A stretch of 64,000 nt of DNA from contig CAVVPN010000012.1 of NCBI GenBank assembly GCA_963750165.1, positions 224,001 through 288,000 of the forward strand, read 5' to 3'. The stretch's first letter is position 1. Each line of letters begins with the position of its first letter. This document shows, in pieces, positions 27,564-36,415 of the stretch. Both the position numbers and the translations under genes were made by a program. The notes under the pieces were generated by a model. That model ran no database searches, was not told the DNA's origin, and saw nothing but the letters and a program-made list of their open reading frames with translations. Source of the stretch: an uncultured Gemmataceae bacterium (GTDB lineage: Bacteria; Planctomycetota; Planctomycetia; Gemmatales; Gemmataceae).

Positions 27564-27664
27564 AATGCGTCGTGCGCCCCCCGTGTGGGTAGGTTGACAG
27601 TTCGGTGACGCCCCGGCCTGGGTTCCCGACACCCGCCTCCGTGACGGCGTGCCGGCCGGATGCG

Positions 27665-28075
27665 TCACGCCCCGGGTTCCTCTTCCGTCGCCCCGTGCTC
27701 GTCCGGTCCCGCCTCCGGCGCTGGCTTGTGGTGTTCGGCCAGCGCCTCGTTAATCAGGCGGGTGATCTCGATGCTCTTCTTGACCCCTTCGTCCACGACG
27801 AAGCTGATCTGCGGCGTGAAGCGCATTTTCAGCCGGCTGGCCAGTTTCGACTGGATGAAGCCGGTTGAATGCTTCAGGCCGTGCAGACAAAGTTGCTGCT
27901 GCTTGGGAGTGCCCATGAGTGAGACGTACACCTTGGCGTGTTGCAGGTCCGCGGACACCTCAACGCGCGTCACGGTGACGCCCTTGATGCGCGGGTCTTT
28001 CATCTCGAACAAAATGGTCTCGGCGGCCACCTCGCGGACGACCTCGGCAACGCGAGCGGTGCGGTGGGTCTTCAT
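27665..28075 (-). CDS. rbfA: ribosome-binding factor A
   Basis: KDPRI, TVTRVEVSADLQHAKVYVS, MRFTPQISFVVD. Confidence 0.96.
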   Translation of the reverse strand: MKTHRTARVAEVVREVAAETILFEMKDPRIKGVTVTRVEVSADLQHAKVYVSLMGTPKQQQLCLHGLKHSTGFIQSKLASRLKMRFTPQISFVVDEGVKKSIEITRLINEALAEHHKPAPEAGPDEHGATEEEPGA

Positions 28076-28362
28076 GGTTGCCGTTCCACCTCTAACTCGT
28101 GTTGCAGGAACTCCGCGACCGGATGGCCGCGCAGCGCCTCGACAATGTGGCCCAGCGCCGCCTTGACGCTCTGGGCATCAGGACCGACCATCGCCACGCC
28201 GAGTTCCGCGAGGCGGCGGTCGTCCAGATAGTCAACCTCGGCAACCGAGACGTTGAACTGGTTGCGCAATCGATCCTTGATGCTCTGTAGCACCTGGCGT
28301 TTGTCCTTCAGGGTGCGTGCCTCCCGCACCAGCAGGCGCACGCGCAGAGTGCCTATGTGCAT
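28072..28362 (-). CDS. DUF503 (YlxP-like) protein
   Basis: TLKDKR, FNVSVAEVD; position between infB and rbfA. Confidence 0.9.
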   Translation of the reverse strand: MHIGTLRVRLLVREARTLKDKRQVLQSIKDRLRNQFNVSVAEVDYLDDRRLAELGVAMVGPDAQSVKAALGHIVEALRGHPVAEFLQHELEVERQP

Positions 28363-28365
28363 AGT

Positions 28366-28411
28366 AGTCATTAGTCATTAGTCATTAGTCATTTGACTAA
28401 TGACTAATGAC
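28366..28411. repeat. inverted heptamer arrays (AGTCATT)x4 / TGACTAA units
   Basis: Same unit as 13342-13458. Confidence 0.9.
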
Positions 28412-28420
28412 CAAAGCACG

Positions 28421-31400
28421 CTACAGCGTGCGAACCACCTGGTCCACGCGGTACGCCTCGATCACGTCGCCGACCTTGACATCATCGTAGCCGGCGATCT
28501 TGATGCCGCACTCGAAGCCCTCGCGCACCTCGGAGGCGTCCTCCTTGAAGCGCTTGAGCGATTCGAGGCCGGCACTGCGGTCCGCCGGCGGGAAGATGAC
28601 CACGCCCTCGCGGATCAAGCGCACCTTGGCGGAGCGCTTGATGTTGCCCTGCGTGACGTAACAGCCCGCGATGGTGCCCACCCGGCTGATGCGGAAGGTC
28701 TCGCGCACCACCGCCCGGCCGAGGTGAACCACCTCCTCGCGCGGCTTCAGCTTCCCTTCCAGCGCCGCGCGCACGTCGTTCGTCAGGTTGTAAATGATGT
28801 TGTACTGCAGGATCTTGACGCCGCGCTCCTCGGCCAGGGCCAGGGCGCGGTCGTCCGGCACCGCGTTGAAGCCGACGATCAGCGTGTCCTGCGGCGAAGT
28901 CAGCGCCAGCCACACGTCGTTCTCCGTGATGGCCCCGATGGCGGCCTCCAGGACGCGGACGCGCACCTCCGCGTGCGTCAACTTGTCCATTTCCTTGCGG
29001 ATCGCCTCGATGGAGCCGCGCGTGTCCGCCTTCAGGATGATCTTCAACTCGGCGACCTTCGCCTGCGTCAGCATGTCCAGCGTGATCGGGACGCGTGGGT
29101 CGAACGACGCCGCATGCTGCTTCATGCGCCGCTTCTCGGCCACCTCGCGGGCCACCGCCAGGTCGGGCACCACCTGGAACGCGTCGTCCGCGTTGGGGGC
29201 AGTGTCCAGGCCGGTGATGCGGACGGGGATGCTTGGGCCGGCCTCCTGCAGCGCCCGTCCCATGTCGTCGTACATCTGCCGCACGCGCCCGTAGGCCGAA
29301 CCGCAGAGCACCACGTCGCCGCGGCGCAGCGTGCCTTCCTGAATCAGCAGCGTCGCCCGGACGCCCTCGTCCTCGCTGAGCATCACTTCCAGACAGGTGC
29401 CGTTGGCCGGTTTATTCGGGTTGGCCTTGAGTTCCTTCAACTCGGCCACGATCGAAATCTGGTCAAGCAACTCGTCGATGCCCTTGCCGGTGGCGGCGCT
29501 GGTTTCGACGAACGGCGTGTCACCGCCCATGTTGTCAGGCAGCACGTTCAGGCCGTAGAGCTGCTGCCGCGTGCGGTTGACGTTGGCGTTGGGCAGGTCC
29601 ACCTTGTTGATGGCCACCACCAGTGAGACGCCGGCCGCCTTGGCGTGGTTGATCGCCTCCTCGGTCTGCGGCATGACGCCGTCCTCGGCCGCCACCACGA
29701 TGACGGCAATGTCCGTGACGTTCGCACCGCGGGCGCGCATCTTGGTGAACGCCTCGTGGCCGGGTGTATCCAGGAAGGTGATCGGCCGGCCGCCGTGATC
29801 GACGCGCCAGGCGCGGATGACCTGCGTGATGCCGCCCGCCTCGGTGTCAACCACTTTGGTATTGCGGATGCGGTCCAGCAGCGACGTCTTGCCGTGATCG
29901 ACGTGGCCCATGATCGTGACGATCGGGGCCCGCGGCACCAGCGTTTCCGGCGCGTCTTCCTTGTGCAAGTCCTCGTTCAGCTGGTCCTCGGCGTCCGCCG
30001 CCTTCTTGATGTCCAGCTCGCGGCCGAAGTCCAGCGCGATCAACTCGGCGGTCTGCGGGTCCAGCCCCGAGTTGATGCTCATGCCGGCGCCCATGCCGTG
30101 GCTCATCAACTTGAACAGCAGTTCGCCGGACTTGATGCCCATCGCTTCGGACAGCGAGCGGACGGTGATCGGCACGACCACCGGTACCTTGCCCTTGCGC
30201 GGCATGGTGGCCTGCTGCCGTTTTTTGATCTTGTCGCGCAGGCGGTCGCCGGGGCGGCGCACGCGCTCGTCGTCGTCCAGGGTGACGATCTTGCCGCGCT
30301 CGACGATGACCTCGCCCTCGCGCTTGCGATCCTTGGCGCGCTTGTCGCGTTCCTTGCGGCGGTCGTCGCGGCCGATGACGCCGGTCTTGGTGGCGGCGCC
30401 CTTCTTGCCCTTCTTGGCCTCGTCGTCATCGGGTACATCGACAACGGCGGTTCCGGTGTCCTTGTTCTCGGTCTGGCCCTTGATGACATCGAGGGGGTTG
30501 ACACCCTTCTCGGTCATCTCCTTGAGCATCTCCTTGGTGAAGACCATCTTGGTCTGCTGGGTGGGCTGGGCGCCAGCCCGGGCCGCCGGCTGCTGCTGGC
30601 CACCGCCGCCGGTCGGCGTCTTCTTGGGGGGTTGGGCGCCCGGCGGCCGCTGGCTCGGCGGCCGCAGCACACGCTGCCGATGGACGATACCGCCACCACC
30701 GCCACCGCCGCCCGGGCGGGGCGGGCTGTCGCCGCGCGCCTGGCCACCCCCCAGGTTGCGCACGGGCGTGGCGCTGGTGGAGGTCGGCAATCGCGGCGGC
30801 GTGGTCGGCGCCGGGGGCCGTGGCGTTGCGACCGGAGCTGAGGGGGCTGGCGGCGCGGCCGGTTCGGGCGTGCGCGGCCGCTCGGCCTCAGGGACCGGAG
30901 GTTTGACAGGTTCGGCGGTGCTTGGCGTTTTCACTGCGGCGGCTGGTGCCTCGGGAGGTTTGGGAGCGGGGGCCTGCGGGGCCTCCGGGAGTTTGGCCGC
31001 GGGGGCGCTGGGCGCGGCGACGGCGGCCGGGGCGCTGCACGGTGGGCGCAGCCGGCACGGACGGAGGTGGAACGGGGGCGACGGTTGGCCGCGCGGCCTC
31101 CGCAATCTGAGCGGCGGGTGCGGTCACCGCGGGCGCGACCAGCGGCGTCGGGGCGGCGACCGGCGGTGCGGTTGGGGCCGGCGGCGGCGTGCGCACGGGC
31201 TCGGGCGGCCGGCGGCTGTCCAGTTTACGGATCGGCTTGTTGACATCCGGCAGGACGGGAGGGGCGGACGGGCGCGGCGCGGTCGCCGTCGCAGTGGCGG
31301 CCCCGCGCTTGACGGCAGCCTCGATCTGTTCGACCTGTTTGGGGTCCAGGTTACTCAATTGGTTCTTGACATCAAGGCCGAGTTCGGTACACAGGTCGAG

Positions 31401-31466
31401 CAAATCCTTGCTCTCCATGTTTAGCTCACGCGCCAGGATGTAGACACGCACTTTGTCTTTTTGCAA
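28421..31466 (-). CDS. infB: translation initiation factor IF-2, frameshift near 31037
   Basis: N-terminal [11 protein letters not shown] (TTG start); [34 protein letters not shown]. Confidence 0.95.
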
Positions 31467-31659
31467 GCGGGGCTCCTCTAGGCTTCATCAGGTGGGGCGT
31501 GCGCGGCTGGGGGGCCGCGGCAAATACCCCAATTATTTATTCTAACACCATCACTTTTCTTGAAAAGGGCAGAACAACCTGCCCGGGCTTTTGCGGGGTG
31601 CCGACCCTCCCCTCTGGGGAGGGAAGGAGCGATCAGGGCGGTGGTGGCGTGCCGGTGTT

Positions 31660-33138
31660 TCATGGCTGGCCACTCGGCACTGAGTTCTCGGGGGCGGTCT
31701 CCTCGGTCGGTACGGCGACAGCATCGGGCGTTGGGGCCGGGGCCGGTTCATCGCCGAACACCTGGGCGGCGGTGAGGCGCGGCTCCTCCGGCTCGGGGGC
31801 GGCGGTGTCGGGGCCGAACAAACTCTCGGCGGTCGGTTTGTGCTCCTGCGGTTGCTGTTCCGCTGGCTCGGCGGGGCCGAAAATGTCTTCCGCCCGCGGC
31901 GCCCCAGACCGGGAAGCCGAGCCAGCCCCCGACCGGGCGACCGCCCCGGCCCGCGTTTGCTCCGTCTTGTTGGTGCGATTCTCTTCCTGCACTTCCTCCG
32001 CCTTCTCCTCCGCGATGGCGATGATGTCGTCAGCCTCATCCTCGCTCAGCCCGGACAGCTCGGCCATCTCGCTCGGCTCCAGGAAGGTCAGGTCGTCATA
32101 CGACAGGAAGCCTTCCTCAATGAATACCTCCACAAGTTCCGGCTGCACGCCCTGGATCTGGCTGAACCAGTTCTCCGCCTTTTCGATGCTGTTGTTCAGC
32201 TCGTCGTGCGTCATGATTTCGATGTCCCAGCCGACCAGCTTGCTGGCCAGGCGGACGTTCTGGCCGCGCTTGCCAATCGCCAGCGACAGTTGATCTTCCT
32301 TCACCAGGACGATGGCCCGGCCCAGCCGCGGATAGAGGAACACTTCCTCGATCTGCGCCGGCTGCAGGGCGTTGGGGATCATGACCTGGAGCGAATCGTT
32401 CCAGCGCACGATGTCGATGCGTTCGTTGTTGAGTTCTTCCACGACGTTCTTGATACGGCTGCCGCGGACGCCGACGCAGGCACCGACGCAATCGACCTTC
32501 ATGTCAATGCTGGAGACGGCGATCTTGGAGCGATAGCCCGCCTCACGGGCCACGGCGCGGATTTCGATGGTCTTGTCGGCGATCTCCGGAATTTCGTGCT
32601 CGAAGAGACGACGCACGAAATCCGGGTGGGTTCGCGACAAAATGATCTTCACGCGATGGCCAGCCTTCTTCACATCCAGGACGACGGCCTTGATGCGCTC
32701 GCCGGGATGGTGCGTCTCACCAGGGATGCTTTCGGAGCGTGGCAGAATGGCCTCGCTTTTGCCGAGGCTGACGATGCCGGCGCCCCCCTCGTAGCGTTGC
32801 AGGGTGCCGTGAACCAGGTCGCCCTTCATGGCCTGGTACTGCGTGATGAGCTGCGTCGTCTCCGCCTCGCGGATCTTCTGGATCAGCAGTTGCTTGGCGC
32901 TCTGGGCGGCAATCCGACCGAGTTCGCCCGGTTCGACGGGCTGGCCGGCGTGCGTGGCCTGTAACTCGCCAGTGTCGCGGTCGAGGGTGACGACAATGTC
33001 GCCGTCGTCGCCGTAGTGCTTCTCGGCGGCGAGCTGCAACGCGGCCTGAATGCTGTCGAAGATCAGGTCGCGTGCGATCTGCTTTTCCTGGTGCATCGCC
33101 TCCACAAGACGAAGCACGTCGGAGCCTTTGGTAAACAT
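31660..33138 (-). CDS. nusA: transcription factor NusA
   Basis: GRIAAQSAKQ, REAGYRSKIAV, GACVGVRGSRI, LAIGKRGQNVRLA. Confidence 0.97.
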   Translation of the reverse strand: MFTKGSDVLRLVEAMHQEKQIARDLIFDSIQAALQLAAEKHYGDDGDIVVTLDRDTGELQATHAGQPVEPGELGRIAAQSAKQLLIQKIREAETTQLITQYQAMKGDLVHGTLQRYEGGAGIVSLGKSEAILPRSESIPGETHHPGERIKAVVLDVKKAGHRVKIILSRTHPDFVRRLFEHEIPEIADKTIEIRAVAREAGYRSKIAVSSIDMKVDCVGACVGVRGSRIKNVVEELNNERIDIVRWNDSLQVMIPNALQPAQIEEVFLYPRLGRAIVLVKEDQLSLAIGKRGQNVRLASKLVGWDIEIMTHDELNNSIEKAENWFSQIQGVQPELVEVFIEEGFLSYDDLTFLEPSEMAELSGLSEDEADDIIAIAEEKAEEVQEENRTNKTEQTRAGAVARSGAGSASRSGAPRAEDIFGPAEPAEQQPQEHKPTAESLFGPDTAAPEPEEPRLTAAQVFGDEPAPAPTPDAVAVPTEETAPENSVPSGQP

Positions 33139-33175
33139 GAATCAATACCCTCGACCAGATGGTCTTTTCTGCCGC

Positions 33176-33250
33176 GGCGAGCGGGGTCGCGTCAGCGCCC
33201 CGTGCCCGCATCCGCTGGGGACACGGGGCGCTGACGCGACCCCGCTCACC
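33176..33250. repeat. REP-like palindrome in the nusA leader
   Basis: 29-bp arms with one mismatch. Confidence 0.85.
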
Positions 33251-33279
33251 AAGGCTCTCAACAGAGCACGACAGGTAAC

Positions 33280-33307
33280 AAAAAAAGTGGGTCCAGGCCC
33301 ACTTTTC
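33280..33307 (-). terminator. terminator/attenuator hairpin resembling the rimP-nusA operon leader
   Basis: Minus strand AAAAGTGGG-CCTGGA-CCCACTTTTTTT. Confidence 0.75.
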
Positions 33308-33340
33308 ACTGCCCCTGCAGCGCAAGGCGCAGCGGCGCCC

Positions 33341-34507
33341 TCACGCTGTGGAACGCCCGCCCGCCGGCGCCTGGCCGGTGGCGGCGTCAAACAAGTGAGC
33401 GGTTTCCAACCGAAGGCGAACCATGTGTCGTTGCCCCTGGACGATGGTTTGCGCACTCCCGCGCCCCCGCAATCGCAGTCCCTGAGCCTGCCAGGTCACC
33501 AGGGCCATCGGACCCCATCCTTCCAATTGTACGACATCCATCTCGACCGGATGCCCGATTTCCGCTCCGACACCCACCGCCTCGGGCGGCACGCCAAGCG
33601 TCACGGGGCGGCCGACCCACGCAGACCAGGCGGCTGTGCGTTCGGGTGGCACTGGCCAGCGGACATCGCCCCCTACAAAATACAGCTTATCCCGCTCGAA
33701 AAGCAACACCCCGTCCAAAAAGTTCTGCTCCGGCCAGCCCAGAAAGTGGGCAACGAACCGGCTGGCAGGCTGTTCGTAGAGCCGCTGTGGCTCCGCGACC
33801 TGTTGCAGCATGCCCCGGTGTAAGACCGCCACGCGGTCGCCGAGGTTCAGCGCTTCCTGGGGATCGTGGGTGACAAATAGTATTGTCGTCGCCAGCCGCC
33901 GATGGAGCAAGAGCAACTCGCCGCGCAACTCCTGCCGCAACCGGGTGTCGAGGTGGCTGAAGGGCTCATCCAGCAGGAGCACTTCCGGTTGCCGCACCAG
34001 CGCCCGGCCCAGCGCCACACGCTGCTGTTCGCCGCCGGATAGCTGAGCGGGCAACCGCCCCAGCAGAGGCGTGATCCCCAGCAGCCCGGCCACATCCACC
34101 AGCCGCCGGGCCAGTTCGGCTTGCTGCGCGCGGAACGTCTGCCAGCGCCGCGGTTGCAGCAGTCGGGCCGCCCAGCGCTGGAGCAGGCCGGGTTGCCGTT
34201 GTTCCACGGAGAACGTTAAATTGGCCGCGACTGTCAAATGCGGATACAGGGCCGGCTGCTGAAACACCAGCGCCACGTCGCGCTGCCACGGCGGCACTGC
34301 CGTCACGTCGCGGCCCGCCAGTCGAATGCTGCCCGCCGTCGGCTGCTCCAGTCCAGCGATCAGACGCAACACCGTCGTCTTGCCGCTGCCCGAAGCGCCG
34401 ACCAGCACGAGCAACTCGCCGGCATGCACCGACAGGCTCAACCCGTCCACGGCACAGACGCCGTTGCCAAAAACCTTTGTCAGACCCTCCAGTTCGACCG
34501 CTGCCAT
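33341..34507 (-). CDS. ABC transporter ATP-binding protein (MalK-like)
   Basis: GASGSGKT, LSGGEQQR, LLLDEP, VTHD. Confidence 0.93.
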   Translation of the reverse strand: MAAVELEGLTKVFGNGVCAVDGLSLSVHAGELLVLVGASGSGKTTVLRLIAGLEQPTAGSIRLAGRDVTAVPPWQRDVALVFQQPALYPHLTVAANLTFSVEQRQPGLLQRWAARLLQPRRWQTFRAQQAELARRLVDVAGLLGITPLLGRLPAQLSGGEQQRVALGRALVRQPEVLLLDEPFSHLDTRLRQELRGELLLLHRRLATTILFVTHDPQEALNLGDRVAVLHRGMLQQVAEPQRLYEQPASRFVAHFLGWPEQNFLDGVLLFERDKLYFVGGDVRWPVPPERTAAWSAWVGRPVTLGVPPEAVGVGAEIGHPVEMDVVQLEGWGPMALVTWQAQGLRLRGRGSAQTIVQGQRHMVRLRLETAHLFDAATGQAPAGGRSTA

Positions 34508-34571
34508 GCTTGTTTCCAGTCAGTGAACAGGCGTATCATTAGAGGGAGGAAATCGAGCGGAGGATTCAGAC

Positions 34572-34832
34572 ATGGATAATCATACGATTGCTCAGCGGTT
34601 GACCAGTCACGCCCGGCAGCTGCAACAGCGCATGGAGAACCTGTATCGAGTGCGTGCCTACCGGCGTGCGGCGGAGGTGATCCAGGGCCTCAACTGCCCG
34701 GTGGCGGACCTGCTCGACCGGCAGGGCCGGCGCGGCCTGGAGGCGCTACCGGGCATCGGCAGCCACCTGGCGTTCACCATCGAGACGCTGGTGCGCACCG
34801 GCGAGTTCCACACCTATTCCGAGGCGGGTTGA
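34572..34832 (+). CDS. stand-alone PolX/Pol-beta N-terminal helix-hairpin-helix domain protein
   Basis: MDNHTIA..L...ENLYRVRAYRRAA...LPGIG...IETLVRTG, co-linear with the N-terminus of PolX at 44209; GGAGG RBS. Confidence 0.85.
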   Translation: MDNHTIAQRLTSHARQLQQRMENLYRVRAYRRAAEVIQGLNCPVADLLDRQGRRGLEALPGIGSHLAFTIETLVRTGEFHTYSEAG

Positions 34833-34895
34833 TCGCCGTCGCCGTTCGCGGTTCTACAATGGCGAGAACCATCGACCACCGCGAGGGACGACGCC

Positions 34896-35795
34896 ATGCC
34901 GGGCCAACTGCGGCGCCTGCTGGAGATGATCCGTTTCAGCCATACGCTGTTCGCGCTGCCGTTCGCCCTGCTGAGCGCGGCGCTGGCGTGGCGCAAGAAG
35001 GGAGCGTTCTCCTGGCTGGAACTGGCCGGCATCATTCTGTGCATGACGTTCGCCCGCAGTGCCGCGATGGCGTTCAACCGCCTCGCCGACCGTCACCTCG
35101 ACGCCGCCAACCCGCGTACCGCCGGCCGTCATTTGCCGAGTGGGCAGCTGACTGTCGCCGGCGTCACCGTCTTCACCATCGTCTGTGCGCTGCTGTTCGT
35201 CGCCTCCGCGGCGCTGTTCCTGCTGGCGGAGCCGCCGAACCCTTGGCCGCTGTGGCTGGCGGTGCCGGTGCTGCTGTTCCTCTTCGCCTACTCCTACACG
35301 AAGCGCGTCACGCTGTTCGCCCACTTCTGGTTGGGGACGTCACTGAATCTGGCGCCGCTGGCGGCGTGGATCGCCATCCGCGGCATTCCTGACCTGGTCG
35401 ATTTGATGACGCCGGTGGTGCTGGGCGGGGCGGTGGGCTTCTGGGTATCCGGATTCGACATCATTTACGCCTGTCAAGACGTGGACTTCGACCGCCAGGC
35501 GCGGCTGCGGAGCTTGCCGGCGACGCTGGACGTACGCGGCGCGCTGACGGTGGCACGGCTATGTCACCTGGCAATGTTGGGGTTTCTGGTGGCGCTGTAC
35601 TGGGCGGCGGTACCATACCTGGGCGGCATCTACCTGGCGGGAGTGGCGGCAGTGGGGCTGCTGCTGGTGTATGAGCATTCGTTGGTGCGGGCGGACAATT
35701 TGACGCACGTGAATCAGGCGTTCTTTCAGGTGAACGCGGTGGTCAGCGTGGGGTTGCTGGTGGTGGTGCTGGTGCAGCTGGCGGTGGCGTGGTGA
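34896..35795 (+). CDS. UbiA-family prenyltransferase (MqnP-like)
   Basis: IRFSHTLFALPF, AMAFNRLADRHLDAANPRT, YSYTKR, GFDIIYACQD. Confidence 0.9.
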   Translation: MPGQLRRLLEMIRFSHTLFALPFALLSAALAWRKKGAFSWLELAGIILCMTFARSAAMAFNRLADRHLDAANPRTAGRHLPSGQLTVAGVTVFTIVCALLFVASAALFLLAEPPNPWPLWLAVPVLLFLFAYSYTKRVTLFAHFWLGTSLNLAPLAAWIAIRGIPDLVDLMTPVVLGGAVGFWVSGFDIIYACQDVDFDRQARLRSLPATLDVRGALTVARLCHLAMLGFLVALYWAAVPYLGGIYLAGVAAVGLLLVYEHSLVRADNLTHVNQAFFQVNAVVSVGLLVVVLVQLAVAW

Positions 35796-35854
35796 GCGGC
35801 CCCCTTGCTCGGAGGGTGGGTCCGCGTTATGATCGCGTGGAGGGAGGTTTGGCC

Positions 35855-36082
35855 ATGCAATCCATCCACATTCGGTTTCTTTCGCAGGAAGATCGCGTGC
35901 GCGGCTTCTATGAAATGGCAACCCGCGCCCGCATCAGTAGTTTCCCGGATGGGGTTTACCAGGTGCCTATTGAGGCCCTCCGTTTGCTTGAGGATCAGCA
36001 CATTGCGTACCGTCGGGCCACCGATGCCGAGGTAAAGGATGCCCATGATAAGGTTCGACATCCTACTCCCATTGTTTTATAA
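35855..36082 (+). CDS. small hypothetical protein (75 aa)
   Basis: GGAGG RBS; overlaps the next gene by 44 bp; lower GC than flanks. Confidence 0.7.
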   Translation: MQSIHIRFLSQEDRVRGFYEMATRARISSFPDGVYQVPIEALRLLEDQHIAYRRATDAEVKDAHDKVRHPTPIVL

Positions 36083-36392
36083 CGACGGACGACAGATCGA
36101 ACGTGCGAAGTTCCTCCAGACGGATGACGAACTGATTCAGTGCTTCGGTGCCATCAGCACCGACACCGTCACGGTGCGCGGGCAGTGGCTCTACCAGAGC
36201 ACGCTTTACGTGGATCAGTTAATTCGTGTGCGTCTCGACCTTCAGGACACCCCCGACAACTGGCAGGCTGTCCGGGCGTATGTGGAACGACTCCCAGTGA
36301 TGATGGGGGTACAGAGGCGGGTGGAAGTGGTCGAACAACGGCATGGCGGCAACCCTGCGCTACAGTGTGCTCATGTTTATAGCGCAAGCTAA
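36039..36392 (+). CDS. hypothetical protein (LPLxYNDG motif), C-terminus possibly damaged
   Basis: RFDILLPLFYNDG..IE..KF.....L...FG......RGQW; alpha/beta pattern. Confidence 0.7.
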   Translation: MPMIRFDILLPLFYNDGRQIERAKFLQTDDELIQCFGAISTDTVTVRGQWLYQSTLYVDQLIRVRLDLQDTPDNWQAVRAYVERLPVMMGVQRRVEVVEQRHGGNPALQCAHVYSAS

Positions 36393-36415
36393 CAGAGGGA
36401 TTGCCGACTCGCAAC

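Noticed and set aside
31020..31110. Programmed frameshift producing IF-2 isoforms
   Set aside because: No slippery heptamer is visible, and four similar indels elsewhere point to assembly error.
34200..34215. Second parS-like sequence TGTTCCACGGAGAACG
   Set aside because: It lies within a CDS and has two adjacent core mismatches; chance is plausible.
34520..34545. LexA-like box (GAAC-N4-GTAT) upstream of the HhH gene
   Set aside because: Poor match, and I could not find a similar site before polX.
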